IMG/VR virus record: IMGVR_UViG_3300026851_000044
Coordinates: 1-55,503 of that record
Origin: a virus
Lineage: Duplodnaviria > Caudoviricetes
DNA: 55,503 nucleotides
Strand: one strand, 5' to 3'
A model generated the notes under the pieces. That model searched no databases. It saw only the letters and a list, made by a program, of their open reading frames with translations, and had not been told where the DNA came from. A program made the position numbers and the translations under genes. How positions within the stretch are numbered: the first letter of the stretch is position 1; every line of letters begins with the position of its first letter. Positions 18,299-28,288 of the stretch are shown piece after piece.

Positions 18299-18893
18299 GC
18301 CCGTCGTCGTTGTCCATGCGAAAATAGCCGGCCTGCAAGCGGTTAAAATCCACCAGCTTCAGCCCCTCCAGATCCGCCACACGCGCACCGGACAATGCAG
18401 CAAACAACACCAGCTCGCGCTGCTCATCATCGCCACCCACTTCACGGTTGGCCGCCCGCACGTCGCCCACGGTCGGCGAACGCAAGGCCAGCTTGTCGAC
18501 GGTCACGCCATTGATTTCACTCGGACACGACAGCGTCACCAGCACCTGGTCGGTGGTCATCGACAACCACGCCGGCATCGAGTCCGAATAATCAGTTTTC
18601 GGTACCAGGTGCGAATACGCCGTTTGCACGCGGCGATAATCCGTCAGCTTGAGGCCTTCCAGATCCTTCAGTCCGACTTCGGCGAGACCTGCGAACAGCA
18701 TCAGTTCGCGCTGTTCGTCGTCGCCGTTAGCAGCACGATCAGCCGCGCGCACTTCACGCACGGTCGGGTTGCGCAGGTTCAACGTCTCGACGTCGACACT
18801 GTTGGCCTTGCTTGGACGGGTCAGCGTTACGACCGCGCCGAGCGCACTTAGCGACAGCCAGGCCGGCAGGTTTTTAGCGATTACTTGAGTCAT
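18294..18893 (-). CDS. Tail assembly chaperone with tandem-duplicated domain
   Basis: Two copies of LRxPTVxxVRAA...DDEQRELxLFAxL...DLEGLKLxDxxRxQxxY; lies between tube and tape measure. Confidence 0.85.
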   Translation of the reverse strand: MTQVIAKNLPAWLSLSALGAVVTLTRPSKANSVDVETLNLRNPTVREVRAADRAANGDDEQRELMLFAGLAEVGLKDLEGLKLTDYRRVQTAYSHLVPKTDYSDSMPAWLSMTTDQVLVTLSCPSEINGVTVDKLALRSPTVGDVRAANREVGGDDEQRELVLFAALSGARVADLEGLKLVDFNRLQAGYFRMDNDDGL

Positions 18894-18906
18894 CTGGATC
18901 TATTCC

Positions 18907-19410
18907 TTACATGCCGAGTGCTTGGCGCACTTCGAGCAGTTGGTCTTTGCCGTCGATCACCTGAATGCCGGCGACCATGTCGATTTCGTACATCAGGCGC
19001 CCGTCGATTTCGAGTTTGTAGTACGTGACCGAAACGGCGTGTTTAATCTCGGCCGCATCACCGGCTTTCCAGTCACCGAGATCGACCTCTTTGAGGCGAC
19101 CGCGCAGGGTGGCAACGACCGCTGTCACCGCGCCCTTTTGGCCCTTGAAGGCACCTCGGAACGTGGCGTTGAACGCCGTGCCGTCAGCCAAGCCGAAGTA
19201 CTTCAGCGACTCGCGGCGCACGCCTTTGGTGACAAACGAGGCTTCCATTTTTTCAAGCCCCTGATCCATATCGATGGGGCCAGCCATGCCGCCGCCACGA
19301 TATTCGTCAGTCTTGGTGGTCAGCTTGGGCAGCGTGAGGCTAGGCACGTCGCCGGAGAAGTTCACGCCGTCGACGAACAGGTTGGTGTTGTACAAAGTCT
19401 GAGGAATCAT
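18907..19410 (-). CDS. Major tail tube protein (P2 FII-like)
   Basis: LPKLTTKTDEYRGGGMAGPIDMDQG; YYKLEIDG. Confidence 0.93.
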   Translation of the reverse strand: MIPQTLYNTNLFVDGVNFSGDVPSLTLPKLTTKTDEYRGGGMAGPIDMDQGLEKMEASFVTKGVRRESLKYFGLADGTAFNATFRGAFKGQKGAVTAVVATLRGRLKEVDLGDWKAGDAAEIKHAVSVTYYKLEIDGRLMYEIDMVAGIQVIDGKDQLLEVRQALGM

Positions 19411-19423
19411 TTGCTACGCCCCC

Positions 19424-20590
19424 TTAGGCTGCTTCAAGCACTTCGGTCATCCACTGATCGGTGACTTCGAAAAGGAAATTCGGGTTCTCTGCCGGCGGCA
19501 CGTCGGTGAAACGGATGCGCCAATACACCTTGCCCTGGGCGATCTGGCTGGCCGTGTTCAGATCGGTGTCGGCGAACACTTCAAAGTTGATGATCGCGCC
19601 CTGGGCTTTCAGGTCGCGCATGAACGCATCCAGACCGTTGGTGACATCGGTCACGTAGGTCTTGGTGATCGAACGGTCGACGGCCCACTTGTGCCCCGCC
19701 TGCACCGCATCCATGAGGATGAACAGCGTGCGAACGCGAGTAACGAAGGCCCATTTCGGATCGCTCGACAGCGTGCGGTTGCCCCACAGGCGATAACCGT
19801 CATCGCGGATGATGGTGGTGATATTGGCGTTGTTGAGCAGGTTGGCTCGGCACGTCTCGTCGCCGTCCAGGTACTCAACCGCGCGGCCGGTGCCGGTGAT
19901 TCCAGTCAACTCCTTGTTCGATGGCGAGGCCCAGAAACCGTATTCAGCATCCGTCCAGGCAAACAGGCCTGCTGCCCAAGCCGAGCCGGGCGCATCCACG
20001 GTTTTGCTGGTGATGGTGTCCCAATACTTGACGCCCGGATCGACCATGAACAGGTTGCGACTGCCGAAGTTATCGGCGTAGGCCATGGCGGCCTCGTCAG
20101 TGGTGCCAGGGCCGTCGATGATGCCGATGGCGCGCAGTTTCTGCGCCAAGCTATCGAGCGCCGTGGCCACCGCCTGAGTCGCGGTATGACCCGGCGCGAT
20201 CAACAACCGCGGCTGTGCGTTGAACAGGCTTTTGCCGTCGAGCAGCGCCTGTAAGCCAGTACGCTGCCCCGACTCCAACACGCCGCCGATGATCGCAGAG
20301 GTTTGCAGCGCAGGGTCTTCCAGCTTGGCCACGCCGATGGCGACGATCACCGCCTTGGCTTTGACATAGATCGCCTGACAGGCCTTGGTGATTGCCGAAT
20401 CGGCGCCGAAGGCGGCAATGGCTTCGCGCTCGGTGGTGATCAATTTCAGCTCGCCCGCCTTGGCCGTACCACCGCCGAGCACGCCCGGGGTGAAGGTGTC
20501 GCACAGACCGATAATCGACGACGAGGGCAGCGAGATGGTGCGCGCGCCAGTGTCGACCGACGTGGTCGTGACGCCGTGGAAAAAACTCAT
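19424..20590 (-). CDS. Tail sheath protein (P2 FI-like)
   Basis: FFHGVT, GFWASPSN, GYRLWGNRT motifs. Confidence 0.95.
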   Translation of the reverse strand: MSFFHGVTTTSVDTGARTISLPSSSIIGLCDTFTPGVLGGGTAKAGELKLITTEREAIAAFGADSAITKACQAIYVKAKAVIVAIGVAKLEDPALQTSAIIGGVLESGQRTGLQALLDGKSLFNAQPRLLIAPGHTATQAVATALDSLAQKLRAIGIIDGPGTTDEAAMAYADNFGSRNLFMVDPGVKYWDTITSKTVDAPGSAWAAGLFAWTDAEYGFWASPSNKELTGITGTGRAVEYLDGDETCRANLLNNANITTIIRDDGYRLWGNRTLSSDPKWAFVTRVRTLFILMDAVQAGHKWAVDRSITKTYVTDVTNGLDAFMRDLKAQGAIINFEVFADTDLNTASQIAQGKVYWRIRFTDVPPAENPNFLFEVTDQWMTEVLEAA

Positions 20591-20693
20591 AAGGGTCAGT
20601 CTCCAGAAATGAAAAAGCCCCGCATGAGCGAGGCTGTGAGGGTGTTCGTGTTACGCGTAACGGAAAAGAAAACGCCCCGCCAGTGCGGGGCGT

Positions 20694-21116
20694 TTATTGG
20701 ATCTGATCGGCGAGCCAAGAAGGCGCCGGCGGCCGATGATCAACCAGCGGAAATTCCCCCGCTTCTGGCCAGTTGCGCAGCGCCCGGCGATACACCTGAA
20801 GCTCGGAATATTGGTCGACCGTGATTGAGGTCGCGCCGCCCTCTTCAATCTCGTCGCGATGTCGAGAAACCAGCGGATCGGTCAGGACCAGCTGTGCGTC
20901 ACGCCAAGCGCGCTCGATAGTCGCAAGCTCCTCGGAATCGAGTGACGGCGGATCGATCAGCATGGGACAACTGCCCTCCCAGCAAATCACCTGGCCCTGG
21001 CTTTCACCAATCAGCAGCGCCATATGAGCATCAGCAGAGATCTCAACCACGTCATCCGGCATTGAGTCGTGAATACTGCTATCGAAAAAACTACGCTCAG
21101 ATTTTGAAGCGAACAT
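20694..21116 (-). CDS. Tail fiber assembly chaperone
   Basis: ERAWRDAQL...YRRALRNWPEAGEFP...RPPAPSW. Confidence 0.85.
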   Translation of the reverse strand: MFASKSERSFFDSSIHDSMPDDVVEISADAHMALLIGESQGQVICWEGSCPMLIDPPSLDSEELATIERAWRDAQLVLTDPLVSRHRDEIEEGGATSITVDQYSELQVYRRALRNWPEAGEFPLVDHRPPAPSWLADQIQ

Positions 21117-21125
21117 AAAATCCCC

Positions 21126-22697
21126 TTAGCAGCCGATAGCCAACCATTCGAAAGAAAGCTGCTGCGCAGTACCAGCCTGCCCCGATTGCGCTAGCGTCGT
21201 ATAGAAGGTGGCACCCTGGTTGGTGTAACCCCCAACGCTCGCTGTTGAGTTGTAAGCCGCCATATTCCTTGGCGTTGTAAACACCCGTAAGCATGCATTT
21301 GGAAATTTGATAGGGAACGTAACGGCCGCAGTACCTGCCGCATTCGCCGTCCCCATGCCCCACTGCATAACTATGCCGCTCGATGACTTCTTCCAGCCAA
21401 AATCCGACGTCAAGGCAGCGAACAGCGGCGAGTACTTCAACGCCGCATCGCCGCCATCAAGGTTCCATCCGTCACCCGTTACAAGGCGCCGAAACACCGC
21501 ATAGGTTTGCGGAACTAAAACCAGCGTTGCGACTGGGCCGGAAACACTGGAAAGGGTGTCGCCACTACCGGGTTTAGCCTTTACCGTGCAGCCGGATGTA
21601 CCGATAACCGTAATCAATGAACCAGCAGGCACGGTAGAAGCGGCGGGCAGGGTAACCGTCCCAACAGCAGTAATACCAACAAGCTGGCCCACACTGGATG
21701 CAGTTAGAACCGTGTCGCCCGCATAGTTGACTTGGCTCGAATAACTACCCTGCGACCTCTGCGCAAACTCAGTCGTAGCGAGCTTTTGGCTGGCATCAAA
21801 CTGCGCCGGGGTATTGGCCGTCGGATTGATCAGCGCCGGCGAGTTGATCGGCGCGAAGCCTTGCGTCACGTTCTGGAACGTCAACGCCGTAGTGCCCAGC
21901 ACAATCACCCCGTCAGTGATCAATTGCCAACGGGTGTCGGCCAACATAGCACCCTGCTCAACCGACACCAGCAACGCCGACGTCACCTCTGTATTTGAGT
22001 CAGCATCTACCGCACGCGACCAGCCGGCCGGCGCCGCAACCCAAATGCCATTGTCCTTGGCGGCGTTCTGGTTTTTTACCAACACCCGATCACCAGCAGC
22101 CAGCGCCACGCCATCAATGGACTGAAGCCCCGTCAACGCAATGTTGGCCGTGGTCGCAACCCGCACCGACTGCTTGCTGTCGAGCTTGTACAACTCTTCC
22201 AGAATCTTTGCGTCGACATACTCACGCGTCGCCAGCACCACCGACGGGTCAATCTTGAGCTGAATGTTCCCCGTGCTGGTGACAATGAAGTTCATCCGCA
22301 CGATCTGCGTGCGCCCCGAGCCTTGCGACAGCAGCGGCTTGAAGCTTGGCGCGCAGTTGGCCACCGCCACCAGATCGCCATCCGCATCGTAGAGGCCGAT
22401 TTCGCGGATCCACTTACCGCCCTCATCGGCCGGAATGATCTGCTCGGCGATGATCACCGCCGGGTTGACTGGATCGATCTTCAGTTGGTTAAGCGGCTTG
22501 CGGCGCCACTCGTTGAGCAACTTGGTTTGTCCGGCCGCCGGCACCGGGTTGGGCGGATCAGCCAGCCCGTTCGGGTTGGCATCACCCACGCCCATGTGCG
22601 TGATCAGCCAGGGAATGCCGAGCGCGTCGGCATTCGCCTGCTTGGCCATCCCCACGTTCGTGAGGATCGCGAAAAACTGCGAATTCGCATCAATCAT
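21126..22697 (-). CDS. Tail fiber protein (P2 H-like N-terminus)
   Basis: MGVGDAN, EGGKWIREIGL, SVVLATREYVD; C-terminal QWG...FPIKFPNAC...WLAIG domain. Confidence 0.9.
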   Translation of the reverse strand: MIDANSQFFAILTNVGMAKQANADALGIPWLITHMGVGDANPNGLADPPNPVPAAGQTKLLNEWRRKPLNQLKIDPVNPAVIIAEQIIPADEGGKWIREIGLYDADGDLVAVANCAPSFKPLLSQGSGRTQIVRMNFIVTSTGNIQLKIDPSVVLATREYVDAKILEELYKLDSKQSVRVATTANIALTGLQSIDGVALAAGDRVLVKNQNAAKDNGIWVAAPAGWSRAVDADSNTEVTSALLVSVEQGAMLADTRWQLITDGVIVLGTTALTFQNVTQGFAPINSPALINPTANTPAQFDASQKLATTEFAQRSQGSYSSQVNYAGDTVLTASSVGQLVGITAVGTVTLPAASTVPAGSLITVIGTSGCTVKAKPGSGDTLSSVSGPVATLVLVPQTYAVFRRLVTGDGWNLDGGDAALKYSPLFAALTSDFGWKKSSSGIVMQWGMGTANAAGTAAVTFPIKFPNACLRVFTTPRNMAAYNSTASVGGYTNQGATFYTTLAQSGQAGTAQQLSFEWLAIGC

Positions 22698-23298
22698 AAT
22701 AAACGTCCAGGGTATCAATGGTGTGTTCGCGACCGACCACGCCAAAGCTGCCAGTGACCTCAATGTCACGCATGACGGGCGGGTAAACGTCGATTTCGTC
22801 GCCTTCGTAGAGGGACACGGCGATATTCAAATCGCCTTGAGTTTCCAGGCTGATCGCCAGACCGGTCAGTTGCCGGGTGACGGGCTTGGCATCGTCAATC
22901 AGGCGCTCAAGCTCCTGATACATTTCTTCGGTGATGCCGGTATCAAGCACCCCGACCTTCAGCGCGAAGGTGCCCGGCACGCCCTCGGGCACGGTCTGGA
23001 ACCACTCGAGAATCTCGATCAGGTAGCCAAGCGGCTCGACTACCCGGCGCAAAGCGCCGATGGTGCCCTTGTGTTTGTGGATGTAATACGACGCCTTGAT
23101 GGCCGCGCGCTTGGTAGATTCGCTCCACCGGTAATCCCAGCGATCCACCGACCATGCCCATGCGAGGTGCGGCAGCAAATGCACCGGGCAGGTATCAGCG
23201 TTGTAGAGGTCGCGCAGAGGAACAATCGTCTTTTCGAAAAACGCGGCCTCCATGGCCCGTTCCAGTTGCGTGCTGTTGAGCGGTAGGAGACTTTTCAT
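22690..23298 (-). CDS. Tail protein I (P2-like)
   Basis: LLPHLAWAWSVDRWD, HKHKGTIGA. Confidence 0.93.
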   Translation of the reverse strand: MKSLLPLNSTQLERAMEAAFFEKTIVPLRDLYNADTCPVHLLPHLAWAWSVDRWDYRWSESTKRAAIKASYYIHKHKGTIGALRRVVEPLGYLIEILEWFQTVPEGVPGTFALKVGVLDTGITEEMYQELERLIDDAKPVTRQLTGLAISLETQGDLNIAVSLYEGDEIDVYPPVMRDIEVTGSFGVVGREHTIDTLDVYYD

Positions 23299-23299
23299 A

Positions 23300-24181
23300 T
23301 CAACCCGCCAGCCTCACGTTGTATCGCGTACAAAACGCCGCTTGCGCCTTGGTCGGGGCCAGATCCTGCCAGCCGACCAACTCGACTCGGGCAACGCCGG
23401 CAACGTGCAACTGTGCGTCAACAGCGGAGCGGGCGACCTCAACGCCCAGCCGCTTGCGTGGATTGATCCAACCGGCCAATCGGCTTTTCGCTTCGGCCAA
23501 ACTGGCATCCGCTTCGGGTCCGGCGCTGGCCATGTGCAAAATGGCGTCAATCTCGAAACGGATCACCTGCGCGCTTTGCACAGTCACCCGATCACCCACC
23601 GGCCGCACATCATCGTCATTCAGCGCAGCGGCTACAGTGGCCAGCAGCTCCGGCGGTGCTTCGCCTTCCCCGTCCAACCCCAGCACCGTGACCGTAACGT
23701 AACAAGGCGCCGGGCTTTCGGCCGTGGCGTCTGCCACCAGCCCAGAAGCGTTACGCGCATGCAGGATGTAGCTGTTACGTGGGCCGGCTGTGGTCAAACC
23801 CTCATAGGCCAACTGGATGCGTTCGCGAAACGGGTCGTCGTCTTCCATGACCTTGGGCACCGGCGGAACCGCCAGCAGATCCTCGGCCTGAATGACCAGG
23901 CGCTGCAGATTGACGTTGGCCCCCAAGTGATCGAGGTCGCCGCGAATGGCGTGCGCCAGCAATAGCGCCTTGCCGGCGTCATTGACCCGGGCGCGGTTGC
24001 CGACCTTGTTGTAGGCCCCGACCTCAAGCACTTTGACCACTGGATCGCTTTCCAGCGCGGCCGTCCAGTTGCCACCCATGTACCCACGAAAGACGCCTAA
24101 ACCGTCCTGATAAACCTCTTCGAAGTCCAGAGGCTCCAGCACAGTCGGCGCCGGCAGCGACGACAGATCAACGGTACTCAT
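23300..24181 (-). CDS. Baseplate J protein
   Basis: DLSSLPAP, TTAGPRNSY, VRPVGDRVTV. Confidence 0.93.
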   Translation of the reverse strand: MSTVDLSSLPAPTVLEPLDFEEVYQDGLGVFRGYMGGNWTAALESDPVVKVLEVGAYNKVGNRARVNDAGKALLLAHAIRGDLDHLGANVNLQRLVIQAEDLLAVPPVPKVMEDDDPFRERIQLAYEGLTTAGPRNSYILHARNASGLVADATAESPAPCYVTVTVLGLDGEGEAPPELLATVAAALNDDDVRPVGDRVTVQSAQVIRFEIDAILHMASAGPEADASLAEAKSRLAGWINPRKRLGVEVARSAVDAQLHVAGVARVELVGWQDLAPTKAQAAFCTRYNVRLAG

Positions 24182-24513
24182 GCAGCCACCTCCAACGTGA
24201 CGCCGTCGCCCAGGTACTTCCCGACGATTTGCAGATTGATTTGCCCGCCAATGACGGAAATGACGCGAACCTGATCCAACTTCAAACGCGGCTCCCAGCG
24301 TCCCAATGCGCGGGCAACCTCAGCCTGTACGGCGCTTTTCCACCCTTCGTTGATGGGTAAATCGACAAACCGGCGGAGCTTGCTGCCGTATTCCATACGG
24401 TGCCGGCGACTGCCCAGTGGCGTGCTCAAGATGTCGGCAATGGATTGCCGCAGGTGCTCGATGCCGGATATGGGTAGGCCGGTCTGGCGATCCATTCCGA
24501 TCATCGATGTCAC
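24178..24513 (-). CDS. Baseplate W (gp25-like)
   Basis: HLRQSIADILSTPLGSR...YGS...RWEPR. Confidence 0.93.
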   Translation of the reverse strand: MTSMIGMDRQTGLPISGIEHLRQSIADILSTPLGSRRHRMEYGSKLRRFVDLPINEGWKSAVQAEVARALGRWEPRLKLDQVRVISVIGGQINLQIVGKYLGDGVTLEVAA

Positions 24514-24758
24514 TCCTTGAACGGCTCGTATTCTTCGCTGGCTTTCAGGAACTTGACCGCCTCGATGTCGGAGGCCGGCACCACGACCGTCGCCTTCTCC
24601 ACCGGATAGGAACGGTCGGTACCTGGCACGATCACCAGTCGCGACGTGTAGAGCTTGTCGCGGAATTTCAAGGACTCAGGCGATGAGTAAGTTGAGGATG
24701 ACAATGTCGGTTCCGAGGACGTTTGCGCATCGGTTGAGGTCATATCGATCTTGGCCAT
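24510..24758 (-). CDS. Small tail-module hypothetical protein
   Basis: FRDKLYTSR motif; GGAG RBS; overlaps the W gene start. Confidence 0.7.
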   Translation of the reverse strand: MAKIDMTSTDAQTSSEPTLSSSTYSSPESLKFRDKLYTSRLVIVPGTDRSYPVEKATVVVPASDIEAVKFLKASEEYEPFKE

Positions 24759-24813
24759 GTGGTTCTCCAGGCATGAAAAAGCCCGCACTTGGCGGGCTGG
24801 ATGAATGTTTGGG

Positions 24814-25398
24814 TTAATGCTTGTGGTGGTTGTCGCTGTTGCCGGCGGCCATGATGTTGCCAGCGCCGTCGATGTTGCCCGTTACGGATAGCGGGCCGTC
24901 GATATTGACAGGCCCTTTGATATTCACGGCCGCTTCAAGATCAATCGTTCCCGACTTCACCGTTACCGCGTTATCCGTAACGACGACGTCCGTGCCGCCG
25001 ACCTTGATCACCACCGTGCCACTCGGCAGGGTGATGGTGTAAGACTTGGCCTGCCAGTCGTAGACCAGCGAGCCGCCATCGTCAAAACGCCAGACCTCGA
25101 CATGGTCGCGATTATCTGGCGGCGGCCCGGCATTGCCATACAAGCCCGGGACAAACGTGCCTTGTGACACGTCACCGCTGGGACTGATCAAACTGCCCTG
25201 CTCGCCCAAAGACGGCGCCCGCCAGTGCCTGGCCTTGCCGGCGGCGATGCTGTGCCACCGCACCCAGGCGCTGACCCATTCACTGCCATCCGACACGCGA
25301 CATACCGGCGGCGAAGCGGACAGATCCACCGCGACCACGTAGCAAGCCTTTACCGCACCCGCGATCATGCGGTCATGCTGGGCGCTCGCGTAACTCAC
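24814..25398 (-). CDS. Baseplate assembly protein V (spike)
   Basis: WRAPSLGEQ, FDDGGSLVYD, C-terminal HHKH. Confidence 0.92.
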   Translation of the reverse strand: MSYASAQHDRMIAGAVKACYVVAVDLSASPPVCRVSDGSEWVSAWVRWHSIAAGKARHWRAPSLGEQGSLISPSGDVSQGTFVPGLYGNAGPPPDNRDHVEVWRFDDGGSLVYDWQAKSYTITLPSGTVVIKVGGTDVVVTDNAVTVKSGTIDLEAAVNIKGPVNIDGPLSVTGNIDGAGNIMAAGNSDNHHKH

Positions 25399-25907
25399 GG
25401 CAGATCCTCCGGCCTGAATTGCCCGTCACCCGGATCGACTTCCAACACCAACGACCCCGGCGGCTCGTCCGGCCACGGCCATTCCTCAAGGCCGAGATAA
25501 ACCTGCTGAGTCCACTCCACCAGCCACACCGTGTATCCATCCAGGTGCGGCTGGGTCCAGTCCTGCAGCGATTGCACAAACTCGGCGGGTTCAACTGCCA
25601 ACCCCCACGTCTGCGAACGCAGCAGCACCGCCAACTGCGTCGCCAATTGCACGGCCTGTTGATGATGGTGCGCCTTGATCGGGTCAACAATGATCCGAGC
25701 CTCGAACTTGCACACCAGCGAGGTTTCGCCGGTGCCGATATCTTTACCCGGCTCGATCTCGGCCACCTCCAGAAACACCGCTGGCAGCAACACGCGATCC
25801 TTAATGTCTGGCCAGGCTGTGACGGTTTGCACGCCAGGCAAGTGGGTACGCAGATGCTGTTCTACCGCCCGATAAAACTGGTCCAGGCTGAACGGTTCTT
25901 CAGACAT
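25395..25907 (-). CDS. Tail completion/terminator-like protein
   Basis: PAVFLE...FEARII...VWLVEWTQ; position between neck and baseplate genes. Confidence 0.7.
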   Translation of the reverse strand: MSEEPFSLDQFYRAVEQHLRTHLPGVQTVTAWPDIKDRVLLPAVFLEVAEIEPGKDIGTGETSLVCKFEARIIVDPIKAHHHQQAVQLATQLAVLLRSQTWGLAVEPAEFVQSLQDWTQPHLDGYTVWLVEWTQQVYLGLEEWPWPDEPPGSLVLEVDPGDGQFRPEDLP

Positions 25908-26565
25908 TGCCAATCCTCTTGAGGTATTTCTGCAGCTCAAAATTGAGTTCCTGTTTGAGGATCTCCAGCAGGCGCTGATCCGCCTTTTTGACCCAGCTGT
26001 CGAAGTGCGGCCGGGCTTGCTCCAGCGATACCTTGGCCTTGGCCAGCGGGAAACGACTGCCATTTTCGGCAACCCAACCCGAACTCGGCCCGCGACCAGG
26101 TGACACCGTGCTGTCGGGGTAGTCGTCCGCGTTAAAATGCTTGCTGGCCGTTCGGATCCAGATGTCGGGCTTGTTGCCGTAGACCTTCTTGAGGAAAGCC
26201 CCTTGGTAACGCCGCCCCGCTACTGACACGCCGCTGCCGCTTTGCCGCGCCCGGCCGATCCGGCTGGACTCGATGGCATTCAAACCGAACCACAGTTTGC
26301 CGCTCGCGGCACCGCCGGCAACCGGATAGCTGCGCAACCGCTGACGCACCGCCGCAACAGCGATGCGCTCTGACCGGCTGACCGCTCGGGCGATGTGCGT
26401 GCGCAACCAGCCCAACGTCTTGTTGATCGCGCGCCGATGCGCCGCAGCAGCCGCTTTCGGCACCACCTTGGCAAAGTCCTGGAACGCCTGAAAGTCTGCG
26501 GTCGAGGACTGGATGGAGATCATCCCGCCCCCGGCCGAGGGTTTGAAATAGCTGCCGACACTCAT
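25900..26565 (-). CDS. Minor tail protein (lambda gpZ-like)
   Basis: RRAINKTLGWLRT, basic composition, position after the head-tail joining gene. Confidence 0.7.
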   Translation of the reverse strand: MSVGSYFKPSAGGGMISIQSSTADFQAFQDFAKVVPKAAAAAHRRAINKTLGWLRTHIARAVSRSERIAVAAVRQRLRSYPVAGGAASGKLWFGLNAIESSRIGRARQSGSGVSVAGRRYQGAFLKKVYGNKPDIWIRTASKHFNADDYPDSTVSPGRGPSSGWVAENGSRFPLAKAKVSLEQARPHFDSWVKKADQRLLEILKQELNFELQKYLKRIGNV

Positions 26566-26882
26566 GGCCGCAACCTCAGAATCAGGGCGACCAGGCCGTC
26601 GCCGCTCGGTTCGAGCTGAATCAGGTCGTAGTCACCGCCGCCGTCCAAGGCAGGCAAGTCGACACTGACCAACATGCCCTGCTGCAGACCTTGCGAATCG
26701 CTGACGCGGATCTCGAAGCGCGGCTCGCGCAATCCGGTGTTGAGCTTGCCGAACTTAGGTTGCAGCCAGGGCGCGGCGAACATGCCGAACACTGGCTCTT
26801 CGCGACCCTCGATTCGCGCCGTATCGCCCAGCGTTTCGAACACCACCGCGTCGACCTCGGCGATCAGATCGCGAAACCCCAC
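26562..26882 (-). CDS. Head-tail joining protein
   Basis: Small beta-rich ORF immediately downstream of the capsid gene; GTG start inferred. Confidence 0.65.
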   Translation of the reverse strand: MGFRDLIAEVDAVVFETLGDTARIEGREEPVFGMFAAPWLQPKFGKLNTGLREPRFEIRVSDSQGLQQGMLVSVDLPALDGGGDYDLIQLEPSGDGLVALILRLRP

Positions 26883-26884
26883 GG

Positions 26885-27880
26885 TCAGAGTTCCAGCAGG
26901 ACCTGCGCACGCGGTCGGGTGCACAGGTGCAGCGGGTTGGACTGTGCTTCACCGGCCATGCCTTTGTTGAAGGGCAGCGGCTCGATCATGCTGTAGTACG
27001 GAATGCCCTGGGTGTTGACCGTTTCCATGTAGTCAGCCGGGGCAAACACCGAGATGTACAGATCCGGCACGCCTTCAGGGATCAGAAGCGCCTTGTCGCC
27101 ATGCACGAACGACACGCCGGCCACCTTGCCACGGTAGCGCTCCCAGATGATGCCGCCGAACTCGAAGCTTTCACGAGCATCACCGCGCAGAGCCGCTGCC
27201 TGCTGGCTGTTGAGGTAGGTCTCTTTGACCGACTTGTGAACGATCAGCTTGTTCCAGAAGTTCTTGCCGCAGAAGGCGCGAGAACCGGTGCTGGTCACAC
27301 TGCCGAGCGCATCTTCCTGCATGTCCAGCGCTTCACCGCACTTGACCCGCAGCTCCGCGCCCGCATCCGCCAGTCCCATGGACAACTTTTGGCGCTCCAC
27401 ACCGAAGCGATCATAGAGATCCAGCAGTACGGTTTTACCGTCGGCATCGAGGATCTGTCCATTCAGTGCGCCCATACGCTGGAATTCGTGGGTAGCGTCC
27501 AACTGGCGCCGCGCCTTAGCCAAGCGCGCATTCACCACGTCCTGTACCGCCTGCAGTTCAGTGCGCGTGCCGAAGGCACGGATGCCTTGGATCTCATCCG
27601 CCTTGATGGTGAAACGTTCCGGCAGGTGCACGGTGTTGAACGGGATCAGGTTGCGCTTGCTGGCCGCGACCACCAGACCAGAACCACCACGCTCGCCAGC
27701 GGGCACCAGTGCCAGAGTGTCGCCGTCCTTTTCAATCTGTACAGTCAGGGTGGTAATGCCTTCCTCGCGGAACAGTCCCAAGGCGCTGATGCGCCCTGGC
27801 AGGTACGGTTGATCATTGAGTGCAGCGGTGAGCGAAGTAACGGTAAACGCTTCGTCGTCAAAAATGGCGATATCGGCCAT
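26885..27880 (-). CDS. Major capsid protein (lambda E family)
   Basis: THEFQRMGALNG, FAPADY, AQSNPL motifs. Confidence 0.92.
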   Translation of the reverse strand: MADIAIFDDEAFTVTSLTAALNDQPYLPGRISALGLFREEGITTLTVQIEKDGDTLALVPAGERGGSGLVVAASKRNLIPFNTVHLPERFTIKADEIQGIRAFGTRTELQAVQDVVNARLAKARRQLDATHEFQRMGALNGQILDADGKTVLLDLYDRFGVERQKLSMGLADAGAELRVKCGEALDMQEDALGSVTSTGSRAFCGKNFWNKLIVHKSVKETYLNSQQAAALRGDARESFEFGGIIWERYRGKVAGVSFVHGDKALLIPEGVPDLYISVFAPADYMETVNTQGIPYYSMIEPLPFNKGMAGEAQSNPLHLCTRPRAQVLLEL

Positions 27881-27943
27881 GGGTACTCTCCAGAAACGAA
27901 AAATCCCGCACGCGGCGGGATGCAAAAATAAGAGGGAAACGCT

Positions 27944-28288
27944 TTAGCGGACGATCAGCGAATGTGCGGCCAAGGCTTTCTCAGCGGCCAAATCGAGGCC
28001 GGTCAAATGCGCTTCACTGACCTCAGCCAGCCGCACTACAGCGCGACCGCGACGCACCACGTCGGATTCGCCGAGCGGGCCGTAGAGAATGGCGACAGCG
28101 TTTTCAGTGCCGTCCTCTGCCGTCGGTTCGTACGGTGCGAATTCGCCGCTGGCGGTCACCAGCCCGAGAATTTGTCCCGGCCACAATGCTGGACCCGCCG
28201 CGACATTGATCGCTTCGCGCGAGATCGTGCCGGCGCCCTCAGACACCAGGAATTCACCTGCGTGGATCGGTTCTTGTTTGATGGTCAT
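27944..28288 (-). CDS. Head decoration protein (lambda D-like)
   Basis: GEFLVSEG..SRE, GQILG, DGTENAVAIL; between protease and capsid. Confidence 0.85.
   Translation of the reverse strand: MTIKQEPIHAGEFLVSEGAGTISREAINVAAGPALWPGQILGLVTASGEFAPYEPTAEDGTENAVAILYGPLGESDVVRRGRAVVRLAEVSEAHLTGLDLAAEKALAAHSLIVR

Noticed and set aside
21126-22697. Tail-fiber diversification by DGR or invertible cassette
   Set aside because: No reverse transcriptase, template repeat, invertase or second fiber end seen
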